From the NCBI RefSeq assembly GCF_021869535.1, contig NW_026262712.1, forward strand, positions 38,812,001 to 38,876,000: a stretch of 64,000 nt of DNA. Direction: 5' to 3'. This document shows positions 37,644-51,096 of the stretch, in pieces. How positions within the stretch are numbered: position 1 is the stretch's first letter; every line of letters starts with the position of its first letter. Below the pieces are notes generated by a model. That model searched no databases, was not told the DNA's origin, and saw only the letters and a list, made by a program, of their open reading frames with translations. Both the position numbers and the translations under genes were made by a program. This DNA comes from Mytilus californianus. Lineage: Eukaryota.

Positions 37644-39119
37644 CAGTTCATTATCATTTCAAAATATGTGTTATCTCTTATCAACAACATTTATATATGC
37701 AATTTCTTTTTCATATTTTTATAAATCGTATGAATTTGATACAGATAAAAGAATTTCTATACATGCATCCCTAAAAAGTAACCGGTATGGAACAAAGAAA
37801 CACGTCACCTCCAACTTTCATTAGAAGTATTTTTTGGCATGGTTTTCAATCGAACAAATTGAACCCTGATCTCAACTGACATACGTGATGTTGATTTTAA
37901 ACAATGTATGTACCTTGATTGTAGTCGTGTAATGTGGCGCTTTTTCGTCCTCTTTAAATTGTTGGACGTAGAAGCCAAGTTTGAATCGGTGGCTATGATC
38001 AAATCGGCGGGTATCCTTGTTTGCCAAGGTCTCAATCTAGTTCATTCTCACTTAACAATTAAGAAATATGGGAATACAATAGTCGGTAACCTACACACAT
38101 TTACGTTCATTTTTTAACTGAAAGAGTGAAGGAATTTTGTTTCAGGCTCCGATAAAAAGGTGCATGAATTTATTTCGGTTATACGTAAGTTTGTAATGTT
38201 CATACACGGTAGTTTATACTACTAGTTGGATGCAATGCCAAGACAACAAACAAACAAAAATAGACGGAAAAGATAAACAATAGTCTACAAATACACCATG
38301 GAAATATAAAGCCCGAGCAAAACACACCCCCGCAAAAACGTGGTGTTCCTAGCTGTTCCGGGTGCGTACGATCATCCTGTCATTCATCTGATATCATTAA
38401 AGTATGCTTATTAATACATACCAATAAAACATTGTTTTCCGGGAGTATCTTGACATTTTTGTTTACCAACTTGAATCCTACATTTTGCTAATTAAAGGAA
38501 ACTGATATATTCTTTGCATTAAACATATAAATCAAATAATAAGACATACCGATACAAGAAAGGTATACAAATGAACATTACATTTTTGTGGAAAGACATT
38601 GACCTGTAATAATAGAAAGAAGACAGACAACGCAAGCAACACTATCCCCAGAAAAAGGTTATAATTATAAGTATCATAAAGAATGAGAATTGCATATCGC
38701 TTGATATTAACTCGATTTATTTAAATTCAATATATTAATAAAAGAGACTTCTGCGAGTGTATTAATACTGTTTGAATTAAAGCCAGTTGCCATGGACGAA
38801 ATGTACATCGTCTTAACCTTTGAAAGTAATCAATGACCTAACAAATAGTCAAAGAAAATGTAATAATGTCGTCGCATGATGCTGTATAAGCCAATCAAAT
38901 TAATGCAGTTTTAGTATTACTTTTTCGTATCACACTCCTTGCAGTGGGATACGAGAAACACTTTGTTATGCAAGAATGGATAACAGGCAATAATTATAAG
39001 AGAATCAAATTAAGATCTTATAACTTAATTAAAAACAACGAAAAGACTACAAATTGACAAAACACCACTGAGAAAAAAAAGAAAGAGAAAAATAAACAAA
39101 ATTTGAATTAAATCCTTGG

Positions 39120-40050
39120 TTTTCAATTATCTAGGTGAGAGCGTTTTGATGAAGTTCAATCCGGAAAAGCGTTTCGTACAATTAGATATTTTCATTCTTA
39201 AATTTTATAACTACAGGTACCACACGTAGAGCAGTATCTGCTTACACTTCCTGGGCAAATGACAAATCTGTGTTCTGGGGTTCATGTTATTCAGTCTTTA
39301 GTTTAACTGGTTATGTTTTGTAGGCCTTTGTTTGACTTTTTGTCGTTTTGTGTTTTTTGACATGGCGCTGAGTTTGAATATTCCTTTGATATCTTCGCCT
39401 CTCTGTTTACGCTAGTTGACTATTACATGTACAATTATCGGGAGTCTAATTTGCTCAGTAGACGGCACTAACTAGATTTTTCAAACTCTCAACGAGTTTC
39501 GGTACCTATGCATTCTTGGATTTTATATATTTGGCGTTAAATGTGTCTAATTAAGATTATCCAGATATGTTCTTTGGACGCATTAAATTATAAAGTGTAT
39601 TTTTCTTCATTTCTATAGCTCTGGTCGATTTCTCTTTGCTGGTGGATTATTAATTGTTAACTACAGTCTAGTAATCAGTGATCAGGCAAAGTTGATCTTT
39701 GATGAATTAGTCTCTTATTTTTAAGGTCACGTTGATTGAAAAGCTCTTCACGAGTTTTTGTTCTTAAACATTATTTTCTTTCACTCTTTTAGGTTTGATC
39801 AATCCTAATGAAGGTTTTATACAGAGAAGCGCTTCTGACGCATACAATGAATAATTATGAGTAAGTGTTTTTTTTTTCATTTTGATAACATTGCTAGTGG
39901 ACTTTAACAGAATAAGTCCACCAGGTTATCATTAGCTCAGTAATCAGTCTTCGGTACTGACTTGATTATTAACATATCTTTCTTAAATTATCCGCTTATT
40001 AATGTAGAAACAAAACTAAGGATCCATTTTTCGCAGGCGGATATAACCTA
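39120..40050 (+). repeat. Decayed tandem of hammerhead-bearing (retrozyme-like) monomers
   Basis: Degenerate cores at ~39141-39178, ~39555-39585 and ~39805-39845; flanks match both the upstream and downstream flanks of the intact copies at 11110-11345 and 41420-41660. Confidence 0.55.
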
Positions 40051-40844
40051 AGACTCATTTTTTTTCAACGTTAGTATACGTTTTATGATTTTCTTATACT
40101 GCAGCCTCGAATATCATTGGAGATACATCAATTGTAAAAATGCGTATGTGATGCAGTAAAATGATAGAAGTTACAATTAATAAGTATATTATTGACTCCA
40201 ACTGAAAAATAATACAGTCACACTTGTATATAAAGGTCACGCTCGGTACTAGGGAAAACTGACCTAATAATAGAAATGATTTTGGAATTGAGGTTCAACA
40301 TACATAGAAATAACTACGGAGGGAAAAGAAGAGAGTGACCTTTAAAGGCAGGTTTCCTCTTGAAAGAGTATTGAAAGCCATCATTCGTTGACAAAGAACC
40401 AATTCGTAACAATAATCAGATACCCAAATACAGCAAAAAAGATATAATTCAATTACAATTACAATTCTGAAACAAAATAAATATCATACTCTTTCACACA
40501 GAGTAACGTTTAAACTTACCTATGTGACTGTATGTAGGTTATTCGCGATTTCACTAGCTAGTAGTAACCGTGGTAATTTAATTCATTCATTGGAAACATT
40601 ATTTCGTCTATTTATTATAAATATCAATTTCAAAGAAGCAGACACAAACACATACCGTATCAGATATGACATCTATATACATGTATGTATTTGTAATAAG
40701 ATAGTTTCTGACTAAAGTATATCCTTTATTGGAACTGTTTTTACTAGAAAATGACACATATGCACTGAAAGTAAACGTTCTGAAAAGTCATTTATAGAAA
40801 GAATTGTAACTAGAAAGTGACGTATATGCACTAATAAACCATAA

Positions 40845-41130
40845 AAAAAGGCAACAGTAGTATACTGCTGTTCAAAGGTCATAAATCGATTGAGAGAAAA
40901 CAAATCCGGGTTACAAACTAAAACCAAGGAAATACATCAACTATAAGAGGAAAACAAAGGAGCAACATAAACACTGAAGTGCAACAAAATAAACGTCAAC
41001 ATACATAGAAACGAACTATTTGATAACAACTGCCATATTCCTGACTTGGTACAGGACATTTTAAGAAAAAATGGTGGGTTGAACCTGGTTTCATGGCTAG
41101 CCAAACCTCCCGCTTATATGGCAATGTTAA
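40845..41130 (-). mobile_element. Non-autonomous repeat with the shared central module and a 3'-terminal near-palindrome
   Basis: caactgccatattcctgacttggtacagg...ggtgggttgaacctgg shared with 51200-51290; the 3' end aacagcagtatactactgttgcctt matches the 45-nt insert at 35836. Confidence 0.65.
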
Positions 41131-41461
41131 ACAATATCGCTAAAGTGACAGAAATACAGCACAAACACACGCAAGAACACTCATCCCAGAGAAACGCACA
41201 AATAAATAATATAATAGTCGATACACTATGTAAACCGCAGAATAACAACGAACATCTTCCATTAACGACAGACAACACAGGACATCACAAGCAGTGACGT
41301 ATTTTTGTAACGAATATATAATCTTGAAATTCATACAATCATTTTCACAATACAGTATAGACGTAATGAAAGGTAGCAACTGGATTGCTCTAAAATATTA
41401 AAAATTTAAAGCTTGAATAAGTTCACAAAAAAAAATGAAAACAAAACTTTATAATTTTTAT

Positions 41462-41505
41462 GTGTTCGAAGCGCTTTTCTGGATTTACCTTCATCAGGAA
41501 CGCTC
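41462..41505 (-). ncRNA. Minimal type I hammerhead ribozyme motif, core intact
   Basis: Minus strand GAGCGUUC-CUGAUGA-AGG UAAAU CCA-GAAA-AGCGCU-UC/GAACAC; palindromic stem III AAGCGCUU. Confidence 0.7.
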
Positions 41506-42514
41506 AAAGCCAAATAATTGATAGCCAAGGATGTATAAGAACCGAAAAAGTTGAAGATTTATATGACCAAAAAGACTTAAAAATATTAGCCAAATTCATC
41601 TACGGTCAACATTGCTCGAGGTAGCTGAAACCTCTGTTTCTTAATATTTATAAAAAAATTTATTGACGTTTTATCTATACAAAGGAGAACAGTTACTGCA
41701 TTTCAGAAGCATCTTTTACAGTATTAAAAACGTCTTACACTGTAAATATCTCGAAGTTTACTTTGTTTGCTTTTTATACAATAAAATTAATGTGGATTAC
41801 ATAGTAAATATAGTAACATGAGAAACAATAATTATAATCAGCTTTGCATGTATATTTTTCAAACAATGATATATGCACTTGTATTTAACATCTTACATAT
41901 TTTACACATTACACGAATATGGGAATGTTATCTTATTTGTATTGACAATAAGTAAACACTATACATAAATTGATACACAGTCGCTAGCTATATTTCATAT
42001 AACGTGTTTTTTCCGTTACAAAGGTGGCAAAGATAAAACGAGAAAATAAACTGAATAAGTTTTTTGAGTTGAACACGTTTTGGACACCCAATAACCAAGC
42101 CCTTAAGTTGTGAAGAAACATTTAACATATAATAATAACAACATAGTTAATGTATATTTGCACTGACAGTAGCCATCAGAGTGTATTACTAAATCATGTA
42201 TTTACACTTTTTATCTGTAATGTACCCAAGTTCATTACGTGATTGTAATTTGAGATATTGTAACAGGTAAAGCATTGTAAATCACAGTTTAAAAGTAAAA
42301 AAAAAATCGAACTATACACATATAAATGTAACTACAATGTATGTCAGATAAAAACATCAGAAACTTACACGAATGGTTAGTTACTGAATTAGTGGGTATT
42401 GAAATATTCAAAATTTAAAAAGGTCTGCCAAATATGGTCGTAAGCAAGCTGTCATTAATCGTTGCTGTCATACTTTTTTTTTATGGAACTGCAGACTGTT
42501 ATTAACCAATTTAT

Positions 42515-43045
42515 ATAAAGCAATAAGAAGATTAGGTATGATTGCCAATGAAACAACTATCCACCAAAATTCAAATACAGTGGATGTAAGCAATTATAGG
42601 CAATCGTACGCCTTCAGCAATGAGAAAAACCAATACCGTATAATCGACCATAAAAGGCCCCGACATGAAAAATATGAAACAATTCAATTGAGAAAACTAA
42701 CGGCCTAATTTATAACAAAAAAAATAACGAAAAACAAATATGACAGACAACCACTGAACTTCAGGCTCCTGACTTGAGACAGGCCCATTAGAATATAGCG
42801 GGGTTAAATATGATTGAAGGCGCCAACCCTCCTCTAACCTGGGACAGTGGTCTAACGGCACAACACAAGAATAAACTATGCAACGCAATACACGAAGAAC
42901 GAATATGAGAAACAGCAAAAAAAAAAAAAAAGAATAAAAAAAAAAAACGACAACCATTCAATTACAGGCTCCTGACTTGGAATAAGCACATACAGAAAGT
43001 GGCGGGGTTAAACATGTTTGAAGGCACAAACCTTTCCCCTAACCT
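42515..43045 (-). mobile_element. Copy of the 7097-7450 family with a partial tandem duplication of the central module
   Basis: caggctcctgacttg...gcggggttaaa...ccct(c/t)cc(c/t)ctaacct occurs at ~42760-42845 and again at ~42960-43045. Confidence 0.7.
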
Positions 43046-44305
43046 TGTGAATATGTGTATAACAATAATATTTAGTATGGTTTTAATTTACTGATAACAA
43101 AACCAATATGTATACTTTGGTTTACAAAATAATGATAATATAAAATTTGGTTTTAAAGCAGAACATCATCTTAATCTAAAACTTTTTGGAAAACCTAACT
43201 GGCAGATCTTATATGGATACAACATCATTGAACACTGGTAGTCATATAATTATATGCAAGATTATTCAATAAATTCAAACAGTGTTGTACTTGAAGAGCG
43301 ATTTACTCAACTGCTTTTGTTTTCGGAAGGGGGATTGCCTTCTTTTCCCTGATAATTTTAATCTATAAAAAATAAAATAAAATATGATGAACTAAAACAA
43401 AAAATATAAGCAGGTTAAAAGTTTAATTTCCATTCCACCTCTTTCTTTATATAAATCATTTTTACTATGGATACATATTAAAACATTATTATGTCGTGCG
43501 GAAAAAGAGATTCTGTAAAAACTTTAAGTGAAATCGGTAAGTGGTATGGCAGAATCTGTGGTCAGGATGCATATTTTTTAACCTATGTTTAATCTAAGGT
43601 TTTGATATTGACAGATTATTATCTATTCAAATAACCACGATATAGTAGGTTCACAGTCTAATTAGTAGCGTGGCTTCTTTGACATCATATTCTTGGTTTA
43701 TATAATACATGCAATAATTAGTTGGATTATTTGATAGAATAACCAAAAGCGAACAGGCTGACACACACGCAAGTCAACAAACTCAACGATGACTTCACTA
43801 ACGTCCATTGCCACTTTACTTGATATCTGTCTTTGAATCTTTCAGTCAGTATAAGTGTAATATTGAGATAAGGTCATTTAAAAAAGTATGAATTATTACT
43901 ACAGTTTTCCTAATATTTCTTACTAAATTTCTTTATCTCCTCTTCCTTCCCCTTAGGTTGCTTGAAAAGCAAAAGCTGACAAAGAGCTCCCACAGGGAAT
44001 TATTCCGCCTCCAAAACCATTAATATATTTCTTTTTAATAGCAAATGTACCGGGCGTAAAGGTGTTGATCGAGACATATTTTGTATGTGCTCACGATCAA
44101 CGCTTATACAACCCAATAAAATAAAAAAACAAGCGTTCAATATTCTGAATATTACTTGTTGGAATGACACTTCATTTTGACTGCGAATAAAAACAACGGA
44201 TTTTTGTAAAAACATACATGTAACGTAATTATTGTAGTATATTGACCTTGAAAAATGCTCTTCGTCCCGTTTAAACATACATTTCGAATTTTGATTTTTT
44301 CTTAA

Positions 44306-44605
44306 GGGGTACCTAACACTATACCCCCCAAAAAAACCTGTCGTTATTTTTTCTTGTTTTTCTCTCATGATAAACAAGGCCCAGCTTAACATCTCATTTA
44401 AATTTAAAAAGATTTGAACCATTGGTTTAAAATATTTGGCAACTCAAATATGGCATCTTTTATATGCTAATATCGGTCAAGCTTAGAAGTTTCAGAAATA
44501 TGGGTATAGGGGTATAAATGTTAATATTTTTAAAAATTAATTCTAAATTGACAAAAGCATAGTTTATAGTGATAACTGAGGCAAATTTTAGTTCACCGAT
44601 ACCCT
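44306..44605. mobile_element. Short DNA element flanked by TTAA (Kolobok-like, tentative)
   Basis: TTAA|GGGGTACCTAACACTA ... TAGTTCACCGATACCCT|TTAA; imperfect short TIRs. Confidence 0.45.
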
Positions 44606-44899
44606 TTAATTGAAAGTTTTCTTATTCTGGATTTTAATTTTTCTCCGAACTAAAAAGGGCGGTCTCAGATTCAGCCCCCAAAAATTACTATGATGGGTCA
44701 AGTATTTGAAGAAGAAAATTAGAAAAAAAGAAAAATTTGTCGTTTATTTTTTTTTTTAACTAACCATTTGTAGTGCTGTATCAGTCTGTTATTATTGCAA
44801 AAATTTATGAAAATTTAACCATCAGATTTTTTTCAATTAAAGTTTAAAATATACCCCACCCTCAATAAATAAGAGCAAGATCCATTCTGATAGTACATA

Positions 44900-45260
44900 T
44901 GGGCCATAACTGTTTTGTCTTTTGACCTAGGCCTTATATATTTAGCATGTGGATGCATCATCATGAGGTTAAGTTCTTGTATCATGATGACTTTCATGTG
45001 ATCTTCAAATTTGACCATAAATTCAACTTAATGTATTTTTTCGCAAGAAACACGACCAGGCCATAACCTGTTCGTCTTTTGACCTAGGCGTTACATCTTT
45101 GGCATGTGTATGTATCATCGTGAAGTGGTGTGCCCCCTTACAATTATGACTTTCATGTGGTCTTGAACTTTGACCTCGAGGACGATAAATGTATTTTTGG
45201 CAAGAAACACTTGAGCAGGCCATGCCTTGTTGTCTTTTGACCTAGGCCTTAGATATTTGG
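44900..45260 (+). repeat. ~157-bp tandem repeat, just over two units
   Basis: tttgacctagg anchor at ~44921, 45078 and 45236. Confidence 0.75.
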
Positions 45261-46789
45261 TTATTTCAATTCAATTGAATTCAAAGTTTTATTTAGAGTC
45301 GATATTCAGGATACATGTAACACAAGCTCTAATAAGCTATTCAAATCGACCATTCAACAATATAGACACACATTATGACATATCAACAAATTCCATGTAT
45401 ACAAAATACATAAATTATCTGTAATCAAGACAAAAAATACATGTACTTCCATAAAAATTTTAAAAAAGGCATAGTTTTTATTAAGGCGAAGTGTACGTTC
45501 TCAACTACTCCACAGATTTTTTTTTAATTTCACATACGGACTCTGCTTGTAAACGTACACCAGAAAATAAAATAAAAAAGGGGGTAACCGTTTTCGTTTT
45601 TTGAGAAACTGCTTTGATACGAGCTGTTGAAACTAACAGAATGAGACGCCAAAAATACAAAGAATACATAGGGAAAATCTTAAAAATCGGCAGATATTTT
45701 CACATTATCAAGATTTTCTATTTTGTTGGTCCACAGATTTAAAAAAAAAATGATATACGATTCAAATATGAACGACGAATTCATTGGTGCAAAGAACCAC
45801 GGCTCCTGAAAATTTGAACTAGGTGATAGAATAGAGCTGACCGTGCGAGATCTTCATGTATAATGAAGTTCGTTAAACAAAGAATTTGATAGTATTTCTG
45901 CAGAGGTTATGAAAATTGGATACATTTGTTTTTTTTTTTAGATTAAAACAAATCAGTCTTTAAAATGCTATCAAAATATAAGAGTCTTAACTCATTTCAC
46001 CTCTCATTCCACCAAATATCAAAATGCAGTTACAAGTGTCACATTATGTTTTTGGCCTCCTTATACTCTATGCAGTCATAATCTTGAATTGAAACTTGAG
46101 AAGAAAAACTTCACTTCAAAATTGCATTCACTACTTCGGAAAGATACACAAAAGCACAATATAACAAATTTCGCTATCCCTTCGAAATTAGAATTTGATA
46201 AAGCAGAAATTACATGTTCTATTTTTATCATACATGTGAAGTTTCAGTTTAAACCATGGTTCTAAATTTAGATTTTACTTTCCCCAAAAATTGTGTACAA
46301 AATAGAAGACACCTGTATATTTTTTACACCTGTCAGGATAAAATTGAAAACTGAGAGTTGAATAACATAGTTTGTTTTCTTATTGAGATAAATGTTAGAG
46401 TGCTCAATTCTTAGTTTCTGTGTACTGTTTTGTGGTCTGAATCTGATGTTTTTTTATTTTGTTGTTGTTGTGTTTGTTCCTCGACTTGTAAATGATGCAC
46501 TAGTGGTCGATTATCCAATTGGTATCTTCTTACTTTTTATATGAATATAAATCATGTCCTAAAATTTTCAATTGCATAAAAACAAACATACCAGCGTTTT
46601 TCAACACACAAATTCACATGTCATATATACATTATTCGTAACCTACAATTTTACGCTACTAAGTGTATTTCATTCAAAATTACGGTTTTCAATAAAGTAA
46701 CGTGGAGTCAATTCTGGTTAGATTTTAATCAATTTGGTACGAATAGAAGCAGAATTGTCCTTGGTTTACTTATTTATTTGGTTGTAATT

Positions 46790-47260
46790 TTATTGTTAGG
46801 CGTTTCTTTCTTTCTGTTGATATAAACACGAGTCGTATTGTGTTCCCTCTCTGCGTATCTAAAACAAACTTGTGGTAATAGAGTCAGACTAACAGTGATA
46901 ATTTCATAGAAGTTCCAAGACAGCACAGGCATACTTTTTGGATTTGTTATAGACCGCATGAAGTCGTTTCTCTTTCGTGAGCCCATTTTCCTTTCTAGGA
47001 GTAAGGGAGGTCATTAAAACGCCGCTAAGCCCAAATAACCTTTCCTGTACTGTATTGGATAGGTGGGGAGGGGACTTGCAAATACAACAGTACATGCCTA
47101 ATGCACGCAGATCTAGTTCATCTATTCTTCTCCCTACAACATATGACTGTGGTTTCCAATAAAGGGGATCATCAGTAGCCTCAGTATCTGCTGTTATATC
47201 AATGTAGTTTCCCTTCAGTTGCCCATTTGAAAATTCTGACCTCCTGCTTTTCTTTTTTTA
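46790..47260 (-). pseudogene. Relic of a DDE transposase N-terminal region ('Mutator-like'/Kolobok-type)
   Basis: The 46904-47095 frame extends upstream stop-free as YWKPQSYVVGRRIDELDLRALGMYCCICKSPPHLSNTVQERLFGLSGVL, resembling the GRRIV-EL...C-x2-C...GL.S.L pattern I recall for these transposases; frameshifted downstream. Confidence 0.5.
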
Positions 47261-48707
47261 ATTTATTTTGCTTTGAAATTTTTCTGTTTGGTCTCTTTGA
47301 CGATTCATTTATGGATAATTTGTTACTATAAATGGATTAAAAGATTAAACAAATAACAATAGGTGTACATCTGCTCTTAGTAGAACATTCTGATCTTGAT
47401 GTTTTTTAAGTTTTTGCATATTGCATGTGATTTTAAAACGCTGCAATGAAACAGACTATGAGTAAGAGTTATCTTTCTTAGGTGTTCTGTTCCCCCTTAA
47501 ATACCGAATAAAGTTGCATCGTGTCATGTACTTTCAAATTTAAGAAATTAATATAAAATCATTTATTAAAAAAATAGTTTTATCATGAAAAATGTGAGGT
47601 ATACATCAATTAGACAGCAAGTTAACATATAACATGTATGAAAAATACATCAAATCAAACAGCAAGTTTACATACTAAAGAATATCATCGACATTATCAA
47701 TAGTAATAATTACATTTATCGTTAAATGCATTATACAGACGTCTAAAGTTGAGACACAACTTTTATAAGATAAAAGTTACAATGTAAACACAATGTAAGA
47801 TAACTTGAATAAGCAGAGAGATAAAACGTATCTGTACTCACATTACAGTGACTGTCACAAGACATTCAGGTAATATGTTTTCTATGTGATTCTTAAATCG
47901 GTAGGAAATAACTTTTACCATCAAAAAACACAAACACATATCATGATACGGTCATTTAAAACAAACTAGATTGATTTTACATGATTAGTCCTGTGTAGAA
48001 TGCTGAATTTTATTAGGTAAAGAAAGATGTTCGTGTCAACAAGTTATAATACACGGTGTCTCATGGGTGCATATTTCTTTTACATCACATATACTTTACA
48101 AATGAAGACATTTCAGTGTAAGGTAGTTTGATAAACAGTCTGTTTTATTTTTTGATTCGATGATATTTGTCTGACCTCGATGCAATATGATTTATGCCCA
48201 ATATGAACATCCTTGATATGCAATTCAAATAATGTAAGAACACCACAACTTTGCTATACTTTTAATTTGCAAACAATCATTAATCAATTTTACAATGTGC
48301 ACTCTGGATGCATTAATTAATAATGGTTGAGATGATTTCCTCGTAGCACATGTTTCTGTTTAAACTTCCAGCAGGTCTTTTTCAGACATAATGTTGAAGC
48401 CAAACACGTCTGAGAATCTATACCTACAATGGGAGAACTTTGTCCGAGAGGGTTGCAGTTTTAGTTTTTTGCGAATACATACCTTTACGACTTGGACATT
48501 TACAGAAATTTGATATCACTTAAACCATGTCAATGCCTCTTAACAATATCATACATTTTGAACACTTAAGCAGTATGTATATATGACAAACATATGTAAA
48601 ACACACGTTAGATTAAATATGTTTATCTAAATTACTTATCACTAAAAAGCCCAAACAAATAAGAGTAGTCATCTTTTCTGTGTACAAATCATCCTTATGT
48701 AAAATTA

Positions 48708-48838
48708 GGAGATTACTCTATTGTATTTCAAGCTTGGTCTTTGTAAAACGTAGATTTTACAATTTCAAATTGATTTACTAACGACTTCTCGCGTATGTTT
48801 TACGAAGACCAAGCTTTAAATACAATACAGTTATCTCC
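48708..48838. repeat. ~130-bp MITE-like inverted repeat (42-bp arms)
   Basis: ggagattactctattgtatttcaagcttggtctttgtaaaac versus reverse complement ggagataactgtattgtatttaaagcttggtcttcgtaaaac. Confidence 0.75.
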
Positions 48839-48952
48839 ATTATAATGCCACATATCAAAATAAATTCAATTTTAGTATTTTTTTTTAGTTTAAAAATGCC
48901 ATTAATGAAAAAAGTCCGCGAAACTGTTACATCGTTTATGGTATCTAAACAA

Positions 48953-50829
48953 CATTACAAACTGCTCAAAGTCTGAAAAGACCATATTTTGTGCTCGATC
49001 AGTAAGGTCGGGCGCAGATTTTACTTGACAAGACACTAAAATCTCGACAGTACTTAACTGTACTCGACTTTGGTCTCAACTTTACTTAATAAGTCTGATT
49101 AAGTACTTGAAATTCTTCGTATAGTCTGAATATGGTTTCGACAAATGCTCGACCAGTCTCGACCATTCTCTACCATTCTCGACTCAGTCTTGACCAGTCT
49201 CGACTCAGTTTTGAGCAGTCTCGACCAGTCTCGACCTGTCTCGACTCAGTCTTGACCTTTAAATTTAGTCGTAACTGGTCAGCCCATCTAACTCAATTAT
49301 ATATTGATCTTACAGAGTGCCAGGTTGTTTGGTAGTTTGGTTTATTGCTGTCAAATATAAGGCTTTAATTAATAGGTAAAAAAAAGCTTGAATTTTCAGT
49401 TCGAACTAAATTCAGATAGTCACCTTTAAAATTGTTTATAACATTTCCAAATCAACTTTGATTTTCATAAAACTAAACAGCTATCTCAATTATATATTGA
49501 TCTTACAGAATGCCAGGTTGTTTGGTAGTTTGGTTTATTGCTGTCAAATTTAAGGATTTAATTAATAGGTAAAAAAAGCTAGAATTTTCATTTCTGATTA
49601 AATTGAGATAGTCACCTTTAATTACTTCTATAACTTTTTCAAATCAACTTGCATTTTCATAAAACTTTACAGCTATCTGCAATAATTTATTGATCTTACA
49701 GAATGCCAGGTTGTTTGGTAGTTTGGTTTATTGCTATCAAATTTTAGGATTTAATTAATAGGTCAAAAAAGCTAGAATTTTCAGTTCGGACTAGTTTGGT
49801 TTATTGCTTTAAAGATTTAATGTATAGGTATCTATCGCAATTTATTCCAAAATGAAAATTCTAGCTTTTTTTTTACCTCTCAATTTAATCCTTAAATTTG
49901 ATGGCAATTAACCAAATAACCACAATACCTGCGTTTTGTAAGATCAATATATAATTGAGATAGCTGTAGAGTTTTATGAAAATCCAAGTTAATTTGAAAA
50001 AAAGTTAATAGAAATGTTTAAAGGTGACTATCTGAATTAAGTGTGAACTGAAAATTCTAGGTTTTTTACCTATTAATTAAATCCTTAAATTAGACAGCAA
50101 TAAACCAAACTACCAAACAACCTGGCATTCTGTAAGATCAATATATAATTGAGATGACTGTAGAGTTTTATGTAAATCCAAGTTGATTTGTAAAAGTTCT
50201 ACAAAATTTTAAAAGTGACTATCTGAATTTAGTCCAAACTGAAAATTCTAGCTTTTTTTACTTATTGATTAAATCCTTAAAATTGACAGCAATAAACAAA
50301 ACTATCAAACAACTTTGTTATTCTGTAAGATCAATGTATAATTGAGATAGCTGTAGAGTGTTATGAAAATCAAAGTTGATTTGAAAAAGTTATAGAAATA
50401 ATTAAAGGTGACTATCTGAATTTAATCAGAACTGAAAATTCTAGATTTTTTTTACCTATTAATTAAATCCTTTAACTTGACAGCAATGAACCAAACTACC
50501 AAATAACATGGAATTTTGTAAGATCAATATATAATTGAGTTTAGATTGGCTGATTCAGACCAGTCGAGACTAAATTTAAAAGTCAAGACTGAGTTGAGAC
50601 AGGTCGAGACTGAGTCGAGCATGAGTCGAGACTGGTTGAGACTGGTCGAGCATTTGTCAAGACCATATTCAGACTATACAAAGATTATCAAATACTCAAT
50701 CAGACTTATTAAGTAAAGTCGAGACCAAAGTCGAGTAGGGTTAGTACTGTCGAGATTTTATGAAGTCTTGTCAAGTAAAATCTGGTCGAGCACAAAATAT
50801 GGTCTTTTCAGACTGAGCAGTTTGTAGTG
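48953..50829. mobile_element. Non-autonomous CACTA/En-Spm-type foldback transposon with 3-bp TSD, subterminal 10-bp repeats and inverted ~193-bp tandem arrays
   Basis: Left end CAA|CATTACAAACTGCTCA, right end TGAGCAGTTTGTAGTG|CAA (reverse complement CACTACAAACTGCTCA). Arms of ~330 bp contain AGTCTCGAC(C/T) repeats. Internal units start at 49292, 49485 and 49677; inverted units end at 49959, 50153, 50346 and 50539. Confidence 0.85.
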
Positions 50830-51096
50830 CAATGTGACATCATAGATATACTCCCGATGTATAATATAAAACTAGACGTATTAAAATACTTTTTGCACGC
50901 TTCTGAATGGTTTAAATATTGAGATAAAGAAGATTTTGAGGCACAAAGTCTGACTTTTTTGTTTAATTTTTTAGAAATTACATACAAAAAAAAAATTCGG
51001 AATTCAAAATGGTTGCTTTCCTTAGTAACGCACTGGTGGAACGTGGAATTTCATCCTTCAAAATATTTGTCAACGACCAATGAAAACTATCGTTCC

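Noticed and set aside
49132-49335. SRPVST/SRLS repeat ORF
   Set aside because: It is the translation of the 10-bp subterminal repeats of the CACTA element.
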